DNA of 64,000 nucleotides from Octopus vulgaris (GCA_951406725.2 OX597836.1:35650001-35714000), one strand, 5' to 3'; shown: positions 38,568 through 51,445, counted from the stretch's first letter. Made by a program: numbers and translations. The notes: generated by a model from the letters alone, not told the origin.

Positions 38568-38945
38568 GCTTACGAACCACATGATTCCGGGTTCGGTCCC
38601 ACTGCGTGGCATCCTGGGCAAGCATCTTCTACTATAGCCTCGGGCCGACCAAAGCCTTGTGAATGGATTTAGTAGACGGAAACTGAAAGAAGCTTGTCGT
38701 ATATATATATATGTGTGTGTATATGTTGGTATATCTATGTTTGACCCCTCAACGTCGCTTGACAACCAATGCTAGTGTGTTTATGTCCCCGTAACTTAGC
38801 GGTTCGGCAAAAAGAGACCGATAGAATAAGTACTAGGCTTACAAAGAATAAGTCCTGGGGTCAATTTGCTCGACTGAAGGCGGTGCTCCAGCATGGCCAC
38901 AGGCAAATGACTGAAACAAGTAAAAGAGTAAAAGAGAGTAAAAGT
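38568..38945 (+). mobile_element. SINE B, 5'-clipped
   Basis: Family match. Confidence 0.85.
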
Positions 38946-39260
38946 GTATGTTAGTAATATTTCTGGGACGCAAAAGGAATATTTTTAGAGTTGTTTTCTC
39001 CAAAATATTAACGTAAAGTTTCAAGATAAACAAACAGGTAAATGATATGTCGTGGTGGATAATTTTTATCCACAGTAATATATATTTTCATGACTATTAT
39101 TTTAGAACATCCACGGTTACTTTATACCTATATATACTTATGTGGAAAATGTGATGGCGCGTAGCGTAGAGGTTAGTTGTGTAGTATTTAAGATTTCATT
39201 GAGAAAAAAACCCTTCGCCTTTTTTTTCTCTGCGATCACTTGGACTTTCGACTAGTTTCT

Positions 39261-39684
39261 GCGAGCTGGCAGAAACGTTCGCACATCGGGCGAAATGCTT
39301 AGCGGTATTTCGTCTGCCGTTACGTTCTGAGTTCAAATTCCGCTGAGGTCGACTTTGCCTTTCATCCTTTCGGGGTCGATTAAATAAGTGCCAGTTACGC
39401 ACTTGGGTCGATATAATCAACTTTATCCGTTTGTCTGTCCTTGTGTGTCCCTTCTGTGTTTAGCCCCTTGTGGGTAGTAAAGAAATAGGTATTTCTTCTA
39501 CGGCTACGTTCTGAGTTCAAATTCCGCCGAGGTCGACTTTGTCTTTCATCCTTTCGGGGTCGATAAATTAAGTACTAGTTACGCACTTGGGTCGATATAA
39601 TCGACTTAATCCGTTTGTCTGTTCTTGTTTGTCCTCTCTGTGTTTAGCCCCTTGTAGCCCCTTGTGGGTAGTAAAAAATAGGTA
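39261..39684 (+). mobile_element. SINE C dimer
   Basis: The second unit restarts at GGTATTTC (39488). Confidence 0.85.
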
Positions 39685-40876
39685 TGCCGTGCACCTAGAC
39701 AGCAACGTCCATTTCATGGAGATGGTGAACTAATATAGAGAACAAACATTTGAGCACAAAAGACAAATCTTCTGTGCATGTTATTCAGCAAGAAGTTACA
39801 GAACCGTCTCTGTTCGACTTCAGAGATTACCATTAAGTGGAAAATTATAAAGTTACTTTCCAAATAGCAGAATTTACTTTGTTAATATTTCAAAACTAGT
39901 TCAGCTACCTGAAGAATAAGCAGAAGTGTTATACGGGAGTACACTCCAGAAATGAAAATTAGTTTTGTAGTTGAAGAATCTCTTCTACTAACTTCAAAGT
40001 TTCCTAAATGTGTCACAAATTTTTGGCGTCGCTCTTTCATCTTGCAGACTCACCCCGACGAATGAATAGACTTTATTCAAAAATAAAACACCGCATTTTT
40101 CTTTACGTTACGCGTGTAAAATTCAATCAACAAATTCAATAAATTCACTGTTTTATATTTATTTCTGCAAGCGTAAAAGTGTCGAACGTAACATTATGCA
40201 TCGTAAACACCACACTGCTTAATGTTTCACACTTATTTATTATACCGGATCGAAAAATGTGTCAATAAAGGGTGGTGGACCGTTGCAATTCAATGAAACA
40301 GGGGCCATGTACTCATGTTAGGTCGCTTGCCTTGTGAGTTCCCATCTGCCATAACGTAATTCTATGCCAGATCTAGCACAGCCAGTTCTCGTCTTGGATA
40401 CCAGGTGATGACATTATGATCATAACACCCCTGAAAACTAAAGAGTAAAAATTTATTAAATTACTTCAATATCATCTTGATCTGAATACATGACAGGCAG
40501 ACAGACGGAGAGAGAAACGTGTCTCTTAGTATAATATGGATTAGGTAAAAATATGACGTTTCTTGTTTAATAAAGAAATTTATGCTAACACACACTTTAA
40601 CCTACAGTCTTAAAAATGTGTTAGCATTATTTAAAATCTGTTTTTGTTTCTTTCATTTTATTTTTTTAATTCCAAATTTCTTCTTTGCTTCACTCCTGAT
40701 ATCACTGGAAAATATATTAATAGTGATATCAATTTATGTACCAAACTCATTTTGCTCCACAGAACTGAGCATCATTTCTAAACATAATATATAGCAGATC
40801 TAGTATCGGTTTTCTTTCTATGACTGACGAAACGATTTTGATAATTCAACGAATCATGTGATCCAACTTAACATTA

Positions 40877-41006
40877 TCATCATCATCATTGTTCGACCGT
40901 GTTCGAGACAATGGAATTTACTATGTTACGCCAGACTTCACGGTCCATCATAGCATTACGGTGGTCCTGTTGCTGGATGCCTTTATCCATGGAGATTACA
41001 TCAGGG
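40877..41006 (-). mobile_element. RTE LINE extreme 3' end
   Basis: PDVISMDKGIQQQDHRNAMMDREVWRNIVNSIVS plus (TGA)n; homologous to 17061-17182. Confidence 0.8.
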
Positions 41007-41246
41007 CAGGAGAGTTTTAACTTTATGGTTTTCAACACAAAATCACTATAATATTTTCCCAACTTTTAGAGTTAATAGTACCGTTTTAAGTGAAAAATAT
41101 ATAACACTATATGTAGATTTCTAATTTAAGCAATGAGTCTTCAGGACATAACGGAACTAATTAAAGAACATGAGTAAATTTATTTCAGTGACAGGTTCGA
41201 GCGAGTAATACAGACAGATTCTGTGAATCATATGATAGCACTATAA

Positions 41247-41685
41247 GGATCTTTACGGTTTGAACGGCAATTTTTACCATAATTTCTAGGTAACTAAAAA
41301 ATTTTTAACTTCGTATACTGGTAGAATGTGTTTATAAAACATCTTTTTCTCTTGGCTTTATTTAGAAAATTCTATAGATTGTGAGATATTTGTTGTTTTT
41401 TGCTTCAATTTCTGCAGTTTCAACCAATCAGTGACGTCTATTGAGTTAAAAACAATTCTGTGCCGTATGAATATGTCCCGCGTTTAAGAAACAGATTGGT
41501 TTTATTTACATTTGTGAAGAAAAAAGATACCCTTCTCTCCCACCCCTAACCCTAACCCTAATCCGAACTAACCCTAAACTTAAAACAGATTGAAATGCAA
41601 TAGATCAATACTAGGGTCATAATTATGGGTGACAATTTCATATGACACCGCTAGAAAAAAACTGCCGTTCAAACTGAAAAGATCC
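41247..41685. mobile_element. Second copy of the (CCCTAA)n-containing MITE
   Basis: Same TIRs as 28375; TSD CACTATAA at 41239 and 41686. Confidence 0.9.
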
Positions 41686-41887
41686 CACTATAATACAATC
41701 TTTGTCATGTGTGCGTTGATTGAAGAGATGGTCAGATGTTAACGGCAGTCCAGCAGAAACCACATTGTGTATCTAAGACAACGTTACCTAATACGTTCGT
41801 CCCTTTATTAAAATAGTAGAATCGGAAATAAGGCACGTTTGCGTACTATTTCTATTGACCAAGCAATTATTTTGTCACCATTTCATT

Positions 41888-42065
41888 GCTTCTTGTAGTC
41901 AATACTACGGTACAGACCCAGAAGCTTCTTGTAGTCAATGCTACGGTACAGACCCAGAAGCTTCTTGTAGTCAATACTACGATACAGACCCAGAAGCTTC
42001 TTGTAGTCAATACTACGGTACAGACCCAGAAGCTTCTTGTAGTCAATACTACGGTACAGACCCAG
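41888..42065. repeat. 36-bp minisatellite x5
   Basis: Unit GCTTCTTGTAGTCAATACTACGGTACAGACCCAGAA. Confidence 0.95.
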
Positions 42066-42284
42066 CTTAGGAATAAATTTAGGATTTCTTGGTTTTCTGT
42101 GAATCGATTTTGACAAATTTCTTTCCCAGCTGGTTTGCACGCTATGGCGACACAATACTTGATTTCATTATTCTTAGTAACGTCCTTTCTTATTTGTTCC
42201 AGATTCTTCAGACTTCGGGCGAACCACGCTGATAGATTTTGTAGTGTAGCCACACATTTTTGGCTGAAAACAATAAATATAGTT

Positions 42285-42346
<62 letters not shown>

Positions 42347-42451
42347 GAATATAATTATAATTAGGGTTCAGCAAAAATTTGCTTCACCACATACCTAAAT
42401 ATAGAAATAGCAGTTAAAACTAACTATTTCACTACCATAAGAAAATCTCCC

Positions 42452-42494
<43 letters not shown>

Positions 42495-42601
42495 AAAATT
42501 CAGGGTGAGTACTTGATAATTGTAAGCACCTGTATATACCGTTTGGTGGTGTAGGTGGTGGAGTAAATTAATCAAAATAAAAACTTGATGCCAAGGATTC
42601 A

Positions 42602-42679
42602 GCGGTACATATGTTTCGGGCCTTTATTAGAAGGATTTATAGCAATGCATAATGTGTGTCTATGGCATTCTTCAGCCGC
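42602..42679 (-). ncRNA. Type I hammerhead ribozyme in a TA-flanked cassette (42490-42840)
   Basis: GCGG-CTGAAGA-ATGCC...GGCCC-GAAAC(ATAT)GTA^CCGC; palindromic stem III ACATATGT. Confidence 0.65.
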
Positions 42680-42933
42680 GCACAATTACTACTTCAAGGA
42701 CATGTATTACATCAAAAATTCTACGTTGGGGATGCAAATCCTCTCAGTCGCGTACGACATAATGCGGTACCAGCACAAAAATGAAGCGTCCATCCGGTCT
42801 TTCTCTCAATGTAGAATGAGGAAGTTTGGATGTTGAGGTAATATAAATATATATATATAAAAGTAACTATATTAGGGAGTATAGCTCCGAAATTCAATTT
42901 AGTATTAAATCAAATTTCGCAGTATGAATATAT

Positions 42934-43025
42934 AAAATATGAATTAGAGATAAATCCACTATCATGCAACTGAAACAGTGATAGACATAAACCAATGCAT
43001 AAATAACAAATAAAATAACTATAAT

Positions 43026-43087
<62 letters not shown>

Positions 43088-43352
43088 GTGTGTGTGTGTG
43101 TGTGTTATTTTTTATTTATTTAATTATTTATTTTTTTATTTTTATTTTTTTATTTTTTATAAGTAGAAAAAGAATGATATTATCATTCTTTTCATACTTG
43201 TAAAAAAATATTTTTTAAATAATTAAATAAAAAAATATATATATATTATATTTTATATTAATTATAGTTATATTATTTGTTATTTATGTATTGGTTTATG
43301 TCTATCACTGTTTGAGTTGCATAATAGTGGTTTTATCTCTAATTCATATTTT
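42934..43352. repeat. Nested inverted repeats
   Basis: Outer arms 42934-43026 / 43260-43352; inner palindrome centred on AAGAATGATATTATCATTCTT (about 43180). Confidence 0.8.
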
Positions 43353-43387
<35 letters not shown>

Positions 43388-43403
43388 TATATGTATATAT
43401 AAA

Positions 43404-43732
43404 GACCCCCTTCGGTCATGAATGACCATGGGATTGCACCTAGAAAGTTACCCTCCTAGACATAAGTCCGGGCAAGGTTGTTTATGGAAGACCAGCAGTC
43501 GCCCATGCATACCGCCCTCCCCTCTCCACGCCACCAGTGTTATCCAAGGGAAAGACAAAGGTCGATAAAGCTTGGCACCAGTGACGTCGCAACTCATTTC
43601 TACAGCTGAGTGAACTGGAGCAACGTGAAATAAAGTGCCTTGCTCAAGAACACAACACCCAGCCCTGTCCGGGATTCGAGCTCACAACCTCACGATCGTA
43701 AGCTCGACGCTCTAACCACTGAGCCATGCGCC

Positions 43733-43734
<2 letters not shown>
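43404..43734 (-). mobile_element. tRNA-derived SINE (distinct family)
   Basis: Head TGGCTCAGTGGTTAGAGCG..CTCGAATCCC; core TTCTTGAGCAAGGCACTT. Confidence 0.8.
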
Positions 43735-43786
<52 letters not shown>

Positions 43787-43827
43787 GAATATATATGTAT
43801 ATATATATATGAATATATGTATATATA

Positions 43828-43912
<85 letters not shown>

Positions 43913-44469
43913 ATATATATACATATATATACACACATATGTAGGTGTGTATGTGTGTGTTTGAGTGTGTTTGCGTATGTGTTATTTTGAATAACACATT
44001 AGTTAAATAGCGACTGAACGACCGGCAGTATTGTCCAGGGAAATTATGAAACAGTTACAAACTCTTCCAAGTCTGCTTTTGCATATGCTCACACATAATA
44101 TTAATTGTCTTTCGATTAAATAACAAAAATAATCTCGAATATATATATATATATATTTATGTGTGTGTGTCTGTGTGTATGTTTGTGTGTATATATATAT
44201 CTACTTATATTTTAGGAACAATAAAATGTCTGCTATACAATCACTTATCACAATATTTGAAAATCTTTTTAATTAATATTTATCTAAAAAATCTTTAGAA
44301 ACCCAGAGATATCTAGATTTCCTGTTGGTCTTTTGCATAGATAATTTTATTAGATAAATTTCAACAAAAAGTTTTTCAAATATGCATACATTCACGCACA
44401 CATATATATACACATACACGCACGCTCATACGTACACACATACGTATATTTCGCATTTATTCGTATATT

Positions 44470-44891
44470 TCTTTCAGTCATTTGACTGCAGCCATGCTGG
44501 AGCAACGCTTGAAAGTGTTTTTAGTCGGAGAAATCGACTCCAGTATTTGTTATGTAAGATTAAAACTTTTCTATCTGTTCTTTTTGACGAAATGCTACGT
44601 TGTAGGGACGTAAACTCACCAACATCGGCTGTCAAGCGATGGAGGAATGCAAATAGAGACCCACAATATATATATATATCTATAAAGTTAATCCAAACAT
44701 GAAAGCACAAAAAAACACAACAACGCGAGGACGTGGAACAAATATAGTATTATTGGACGCTCAGGAAAGAGGGAAAGAAGGAGGGCTTAACGTTTCGAGC
44801 GAAGCTCTTCGTCGGAAACATAGGAGAAGGAAAGATCCAGAGAAGGGAAGAAGGAGGAAAAAGTCGCCAACGGTACACACGCGGTCACATT

Positions 44892-44929
<38 letters not shown>

Positions 44930-45543
44930 TTGCGACGGGCCTCTTATAGTTTCTGTAACCAAATTCCACCCGTAAAGCTTTATTGGTGCGAGGATATAGT
45001 AAAGACACTTAACCAAAGTGCCATATAGTGGGACTGAACCCAGAAACATGTGGCTGAGAACCAAGCTTCTTACAACATCCTCAAACACAAACACACATAC
45101 ACAATACTTTAACTATTAATGTTGATTTGTATATAAATAAAGGCATATATATTTAGGCACTTTTGGCTGCGGCTATGCTGGGGCGTTGTTTTGAATAGTT
45201 TCAGTCGCACAAATCAACATCAGGAGTGATTTTTTAAAAACTTGGTACTTATTCCATCACTCTATTGTGGCAAACCGTTAAGTTACGTCGATGTAAACAC
45301 ACCAACACCGGTTGTCGAGCGGCGGTTGGGGACAAATAGACACAAAGACACACACATGTAGATATGTAAGTATATGTGCGATGGGCTTCTTTCAATTTCC
45401 GTCTACCAAATCCACTCATAAGGTTTTGGTCGGCCTGAGACTACAGTAGACGCCAGCTGCCCAAAGTGCCATGAACGGAACACGAGACTGAACCCAGGTC
45501 CACGTTGTTGAGAAACAAGCTTCTTACCACAACGATATGCCAC

Positions 45544-45545
<2 letters not shown>
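44470..45545 (-). mobile_element. Two decayed SINE B copies; the first is split by a PLE-like cassette (44680-44895)
   Basis: Diverged family B motifs at 44470-44660, 44932-45075 and 45165-45545. Confidence 0.65.
44785..44819 (-). ncRNA. Minimal hammerhead-like motif with CCGACGA core
   Basis: GTTT-CCGACGA-A-GAGC(TTC)GCTC-GAAACGTT-AAGC; homologous to 52599-52633. Confidence 0.55.
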
Positions 45546-45590
<45 letters not shown>

Positions 45591-45625
45591 AATAGTATAA
45601 TTTTCATGAAGTATTGTTAGAGACT

Positions 45626-45668
<43 letters not shown>

Positions 45669-45917
45669 ATATATATATATATATATATTGTGTGTGTGTG
45701 TGTGTGTATGTATATATAAATATAAGGGGAATATTTATATAACCACTATGTGGAAACCCTTACGCTAGAAGAAGATCCGCTATATTCCCTCTTATATTTA
45801 TGTATGAAATATTATTTATTGAATCTCAGTTTTTTATACGCTAGACTACTGCTGTTAAAATTGATGTTATCAAATTAATAACCAATTTTTCACCCTCATT
45901 TTGATATATATGTATAT

Positions 45918-45964
<47 letters not shown>

Positions 45965-46097
45965 TTGAGTTGTGGGGTATCGCACGAGTGGGATTATATA
46001 AGAAAAAAAGGTTTGAAAATGCAATTTAAACGATGTTTATTTACTTAACCGGTTTCACTCTTTGGTAAAAGATTGTCAAAAGTTACATTTAAGGAAA

Positions 46098-46324
46098 CAT
46101 TGAATAATATGGGTTCAAAAAAGTTTTTTACATAATTGTCACATTGAATATTATGCATTCAAAAAAGTTTTTTACATAATTGTCACATTGGATATTATGG
46201 GTTCAAAAAAGTTTTTTACATAATTGTCACATTGGATATTATGAATTCAAAAATGTTTTTTACATAATTGTCACATTGGATATTATGAATTCAAAAATGT
46301 TTTTTTATACATAATTGTCACATT
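46098..46324. repeat. About 44-bp tandem repeat x5
   Basis: Unit approximately CATTGGATATTATGAATTCAAAAAAGTTTTTTACATAATTGTCA. Confidence 0.9.
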
Positions 46325-46679
46325 ATTTGGGAAAATTTGGCAGAAAAGGATAAAACAAATATATTATTGGGAATTGGTTGCGTTAATTATTGGTTGTCGC
46401 AAATTGTCACATTACATGTATATATATACAATCTTTGGTATATATATACAGCGTTTTGACAGCAAAAATTAAAATGGCTTTTTTGTACATCTCAGAATAT
46501 TTTAAGTATGTTTTTACTGACCTGTCAGTATTAGCAGAAAGGCTGAACTGAGAGAACAGAAGAAGTAGCCAATGTGGTGTATACTTCCCTTTATGCATGA
46601 ATGATTTTGGGGTTATCAGGAGGTTAGTATGCGGGTGTGAATAGATGTGTCCGTGCCTGCTGGTCAGACAGCATCTGTT

Positions 46680-46903
46680 TGTCACACACATATATATACA
46701 CACAAACACACACACACACAACAACACACACACACACACACACATAGTATACAAACACACACCACATACAAACAACACACACACACACAGAACACACACA
46801 CCCACACACAACGCACCCACATATATCACATATACACACAGCACACAAATATAACATGTATCTATATATAACATACACAGATATATAACACACATACACA
46901 CAC

Positions 46904-46938
<35 letters not shown>

Positions 46939-47725
46939 CACACGCACACATACATAATATAAATATCACACAAATACACCTAGCATATATATACACACAT
47001 ACAATACACACATACAGCATGTAAGTAATATACATACACAATATATGCATGCAATATACATACGTAATACATACATATAATATATATATATATAGACAAT
47101 GCATATACATATATACACATATACATATAAATAGTGTTTACATACACATACATAGATGTACCACATATACACACAACACACATACATACAATGCATACAC
47201 ATACACATACGCATACATATAATATATATATACACACACACACACATAACATACATACACACACAATGCATACATATATATACACGCAATGCATATACAT
47301 GTATTCATGCACATATAGCACACCTACAATATACATATATACAGTGCACACATACACACAAATATATACACTTAATTGTACACGTACATATACAATACAC
47401 ATACATACAATATACATATACACAATGCGCATGCAAATAATGTACATGTTTATACACACATAAACATGCAAATAAATATACACACACACATACACACACA
47501 CACATATATATACACATATATATATATATACACACATACATACATACATACATGCACATACATATATTTTTTCACACACATATATATATATAAAAAATTC
47601 ACCCCCCCCCCACACACACAAATTACAAACCTATAGCGTACACACTCAAATATATCTCTACATGCCGCACATACACACAAACAAAGTACTAACATATACA
47701 CACATACCATGCATATACACACACA

Positions 47726-47818
<93 letters not shown>

Positions 47819-47820
47819 CT
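46680..47820. repeat. Degenerate (CA)/(TA) low-complexity tract
   Basis: Direct inspection. Confidence 0.9.
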
Positions 47821-47831
47821 TATACATATCA

Positions 47832-48101
47832 GCTGAATAAAGTTAAAACATGGTCTGGTTTCCACGATTTTTATTATGTTATTTTAACATTAAAAAATAT
47901 TTGTAATGCTCATAAAATTAAATTAGCGCTCTCATACATAGTGTAATCATCAAACTTCAAGAACTCAGCTATCAGTGAAACACATTTCGTATGTTTGAGA
48001 TCGCTAGATTGACTTTATGAGCATTACAAAATATTTTTTTAAATGTTAAATACCACAGTAAAAATCGTGAAAACCGGACGATACTTTAACTTTATTCAAC
48101 A
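47832..48101. repeat. Diverged long inverted repeat in (TA)n (old fold-back cassette)
   Basis: Arms about 47832-47940 / 47989-48101. Confidence 0.75.
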
Positions 48102-48148
48102 TATTATTCTACACACGAATTCGAAACAATGCATACATACATAGATAC

Positions 48149-48256
<108 letters not shown>

Positions 48257-48415
48257 AATATTAAATTTCTAAATATCTCATAGAGATATGTACGGTGGTG
48301 GGGCGATATAATGGTTGTATACTGTCAACTTAACGTGACAGTAAGGGATTACACCACCGCTGTTTAGCCCTAGGAGGCATCGAACGCTTCCTGTCGATAC
48401 AACCAGTATACAACC

Positions 48416-48469
<54 letters not shown>

Positions 48470-48478
<9 letters not shown>

Positions 48479-48850
48479 CAAATATAAAATATAAAAATAT
48501 GAATTACAAAGTGGGACGGATGCCCGCTGTGTTTGTCCTGCTAACCATTCTTGTTTTTTATGTCTATTTTTTGTTTCTTGTATTTATATTCGTGTGGCAT
48601 CCTGTCTTTGTTTCGTATACATTCGTCCTCTTTCTAAGAAATCTAATGCCTGTGGCTTAGTTCTTGGGGCTGGCCGGTTCGGCGTGATATCGAGATTAAA
48701 CAGCCGAAATTGCTAAGATGATCCGGTTCCGACTGAAGATTAGAGGCTTCGAGTGACCCGTCTGTTTTTTTGTGTCGTCTCTTTGTGTGTTTTTGCGTTC
48801 TTGTCTCACTTTGTAATTTATATTTTATATTTCATATTTGATTTCTATAT
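48470..48850 (+). mobile_element. PLE-like fold-back cassette in (TA)n
   Basis: Inverted repeat 48470-48517 / 48802-48850; the interior is homologous to 52741-52860. Confidence 0.6.
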
Positions 48851-48889
48851 ATATATTAAGGCGGCGTAACGTACCCCTATCTCCTATGT

Positions 48890-48946
<57 letters not shown>

Positions 48947-49657
48947 TCACGGAAAAAGTGGCTAGCAAGCCGATACAGAGAAGCGGACCCTGTACCTTTC
49001 AAATTCCGACAGATGCATACATATATATATACATACACACACGCACACGTAGGCACGTACGCACATACGCACGCACTCACACACTATATGGGTGTTTCAT
49101 TTTACGAATATATGTTGCTCGATCAGAAATGACCTGATGTACAACACCAGCAACGACAACAGTATCAATAAAAACGCTTCAATGCTGTGGATAACAATCT
49201 GTTGTTACGCAAATCTTATATTATTATCATGATTGTCATCGTTGAAATTAGATGCAACTTAAGAAATGCATTTTCTTCGCTTCCCTTCTGATAAACCCAC
49301 CACTCAAAATATTTCCTCTTTCATTCCATCATTTCAAGCTGAGGAAATACGAAACACTTTTTTGAATGTATGTTGGCGTTATTCAAGCATTAAATCACTT
49401 GCCACCCGAACTATCATGTTCCTACGCATTTATGAAAACCCGAGACATTACATCATCCAGTTATTCGTTATGTTTTTTATTTTCTCCTTTGAATGGTGTC
49501 ACTTTGTAATAATGAAAATATGTAAAAAAAAAACAATTAATAAATAAAAGATGCTGTTCCCAGCGTATGGAATACTGAGCACAGGAAGAAAGTTGTCAGG
49601 AAAAGTTTGGTCGTTAAGATAGGTTTAACATTAGGTGTTTATGGGGAAAGGAATTAC

Positions 49658-49728
49658 CTGACAATGAAACAAAACCAATACGCCAATTTAACCCCCCAGC
49701 ATGGCAGTTTTCATTTCCTATTTTCGTT
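49658..49728 (-). CDS. Candidate host exon (downstream of the pair)
   Basis: Acceptor TTTATTTTTTTTCATTCGTAG, donor CAG|GTAATT; the only open frame is (R)TKIGNENCHAGGLNWRIGFVSLS, phase 2 in and phase 1 out. Confidence 0.4.
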
Positions 49729-49931
49729 CTACGAATGAAAAAAAAATAAAGCAAACAGAAAGTGAGCATTAAGTATTTAGAAGGTAATCATTTTCCAGTA
49801 TATGTTTCTCCTCTCAAATCACAGATCTCTGGTGTTTTCCTGTAGATAAAGATCACCATCCAAACAGAATGCTCTGTTATTTAAATTAAATGTCTAAAAT
49901 TAATGCATTATTGCTTTTAGTTGTCTCTTAC

Positions 49932-50019
49932 CTGTCTTTCATGCGTTTATTACACGTGCAAGCAAAACCTGTGCCCCTTGGGTGTGTACAGTGCTGTGTT
50001 GGGTTATGTTGACAGTATT
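49932..50019 (-). CDS. Candidate host exon, Cys-rich extracellular-like
   Basis: Acceptor TTATATAG, donor CAG|GTAAGA; xYCQHNPTQHCTHPRGTGFACTCNKRMKD(R); its phase-2 exit matches the next exon. Confidence 0.45.
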
Positions 50020-50026
50020 CTATATA

Positions 50027-50477
50027 AGGCGGCTAGCTGGCAGAAACGTTAGCACGCCGGGCGAAATGCGTAGCCGTATTTCGTCTGCCGTAACGTTCTG
50101 AGTTCAAATTCCGCCGAGGTCTACTTTGCTTTTCATCCTTTCGGGGTCGATGAATAAATTACCAGTTACTCACTTATACTCACTGCACCTTATACTCTTT
50201 TTTTACAATGTTCCCTGCTAAGCATACTAGCCTTACATTATATAGAATACTTATTTCTTTACTACCCACAAGGGGCTAAACACAGAGGGGACGAACAAGG
50301 ACAGACAAACGGATTAAGTCGATTATATCAACCCCAGTGCGTAACTGGTACTTAATTTATCGACCCCGAAAGGATGAAAGGCAAAATCGACCACGGCGGA
50401 ATTTGAACTCAGAACGTAGCGGCAGACGAAATACCGCTAAGCATTTCGTCTGGGGTGCTAACGATTCTGCCAGCTCA
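50027..50477. mobile_element. Inverted pair of SINE C copies (50027-50172 +, 50252-50477 -)
   Basis: Family match; further decayed C units at 50598-50962. Confidence 0.85.
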
Positions 50478-51028
50478 AGATGTTTGGCAGAAGAATAGTT
50501 GTTGTTTTTGAATAAATTCTTGCACAAGAAAAAAACAACAACATTATTTTAAGACGGCGCACGACCTTTATCCTCAACCTAGTATTATTACAGATTTAAG
50601 GCGGCCAGCTGGTGGGTTCGTTAACACGCCGCACAAAATACTTGGTAACATTTCTTCCGGTACTTTCTCTTCTGAGTTCACAATGCGCTAAGACCAACTC
50701 AGCTTTTCATCCTTCTAGGTCGCTAAAATAAGCATCATTCCGAACACTGGAATCTATTCAATCGCCCAATTACCTCTGTTAATATAGCTGAAACTGTATT
50801 TAGTTTATTTTTACGTTTTGAGTTCAAATTCCGCCGCCGGTGTCCACTTTGCCTTTTATCCTTTCGTGGTAGATAAATTGAGTACCAGTTGCGTATTGGG
50901 GTCGATCTAATCAACTGGCCCTCTCCACCAAAATTTCGGTCCTTGTGCCCAGAGTAGAAAGGAATATGGCTGGAACTGTGTAAAAATGTGAAATATTATT
51001 ATTATTTATTCTAATATTAGAATCATTA

Positions 51029-51445
51029 TAGGCGCAGGAGTGGCTGTGTGGTTAGTAGTTTGCCTACTAACCACATGGTTCCGGGTTCTGTCCCACTGCG
51101 TGGCACCTTGGGTAAGTGTCTTCTACTATAGCGTCGGGCCGACCAAAGCCTTGTGAGTGGATTTGGTAGACGGAAACTGAAAGAAGCCCGTCGTATATAT
51201 GTATATATATATATATATGTGCGTGTACGTTTGTGTGTCTGTGTTTGTACCCTAGCATTGCTTGACAACCGATGCTGGTGTGCTTATGTCCCTGTCACCT
51301 AGCGGTTCGGCAAAAGAGACCGATACAATAAGTACTGGGCTTACAAAGAATAAGTCCCGGGGTCGAGTTGCTCGACTAAAGGCGGTGCTCCAGCATGGCC
51401 GCAGTCAACTGACTGAAACAAGTAAAAGAGAAAAAGAGAAAGAGA
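51029..51445 (+). mobile_element. SINE B, full length
   Basis: Family match. Confidence 0.9.

Noticed and set aside
41888-42065. CRISPR array (36-bp repeats)
   Set aside because: The units are contiguous with no spacers, there are no cas genes, and the context is eukaryotic
49658-49714. Signal-peptide start MKTAMLG.. on the minus strand
   Set aside because: With the six-G run the frame hits TAA after eight codons; only the other frame is open
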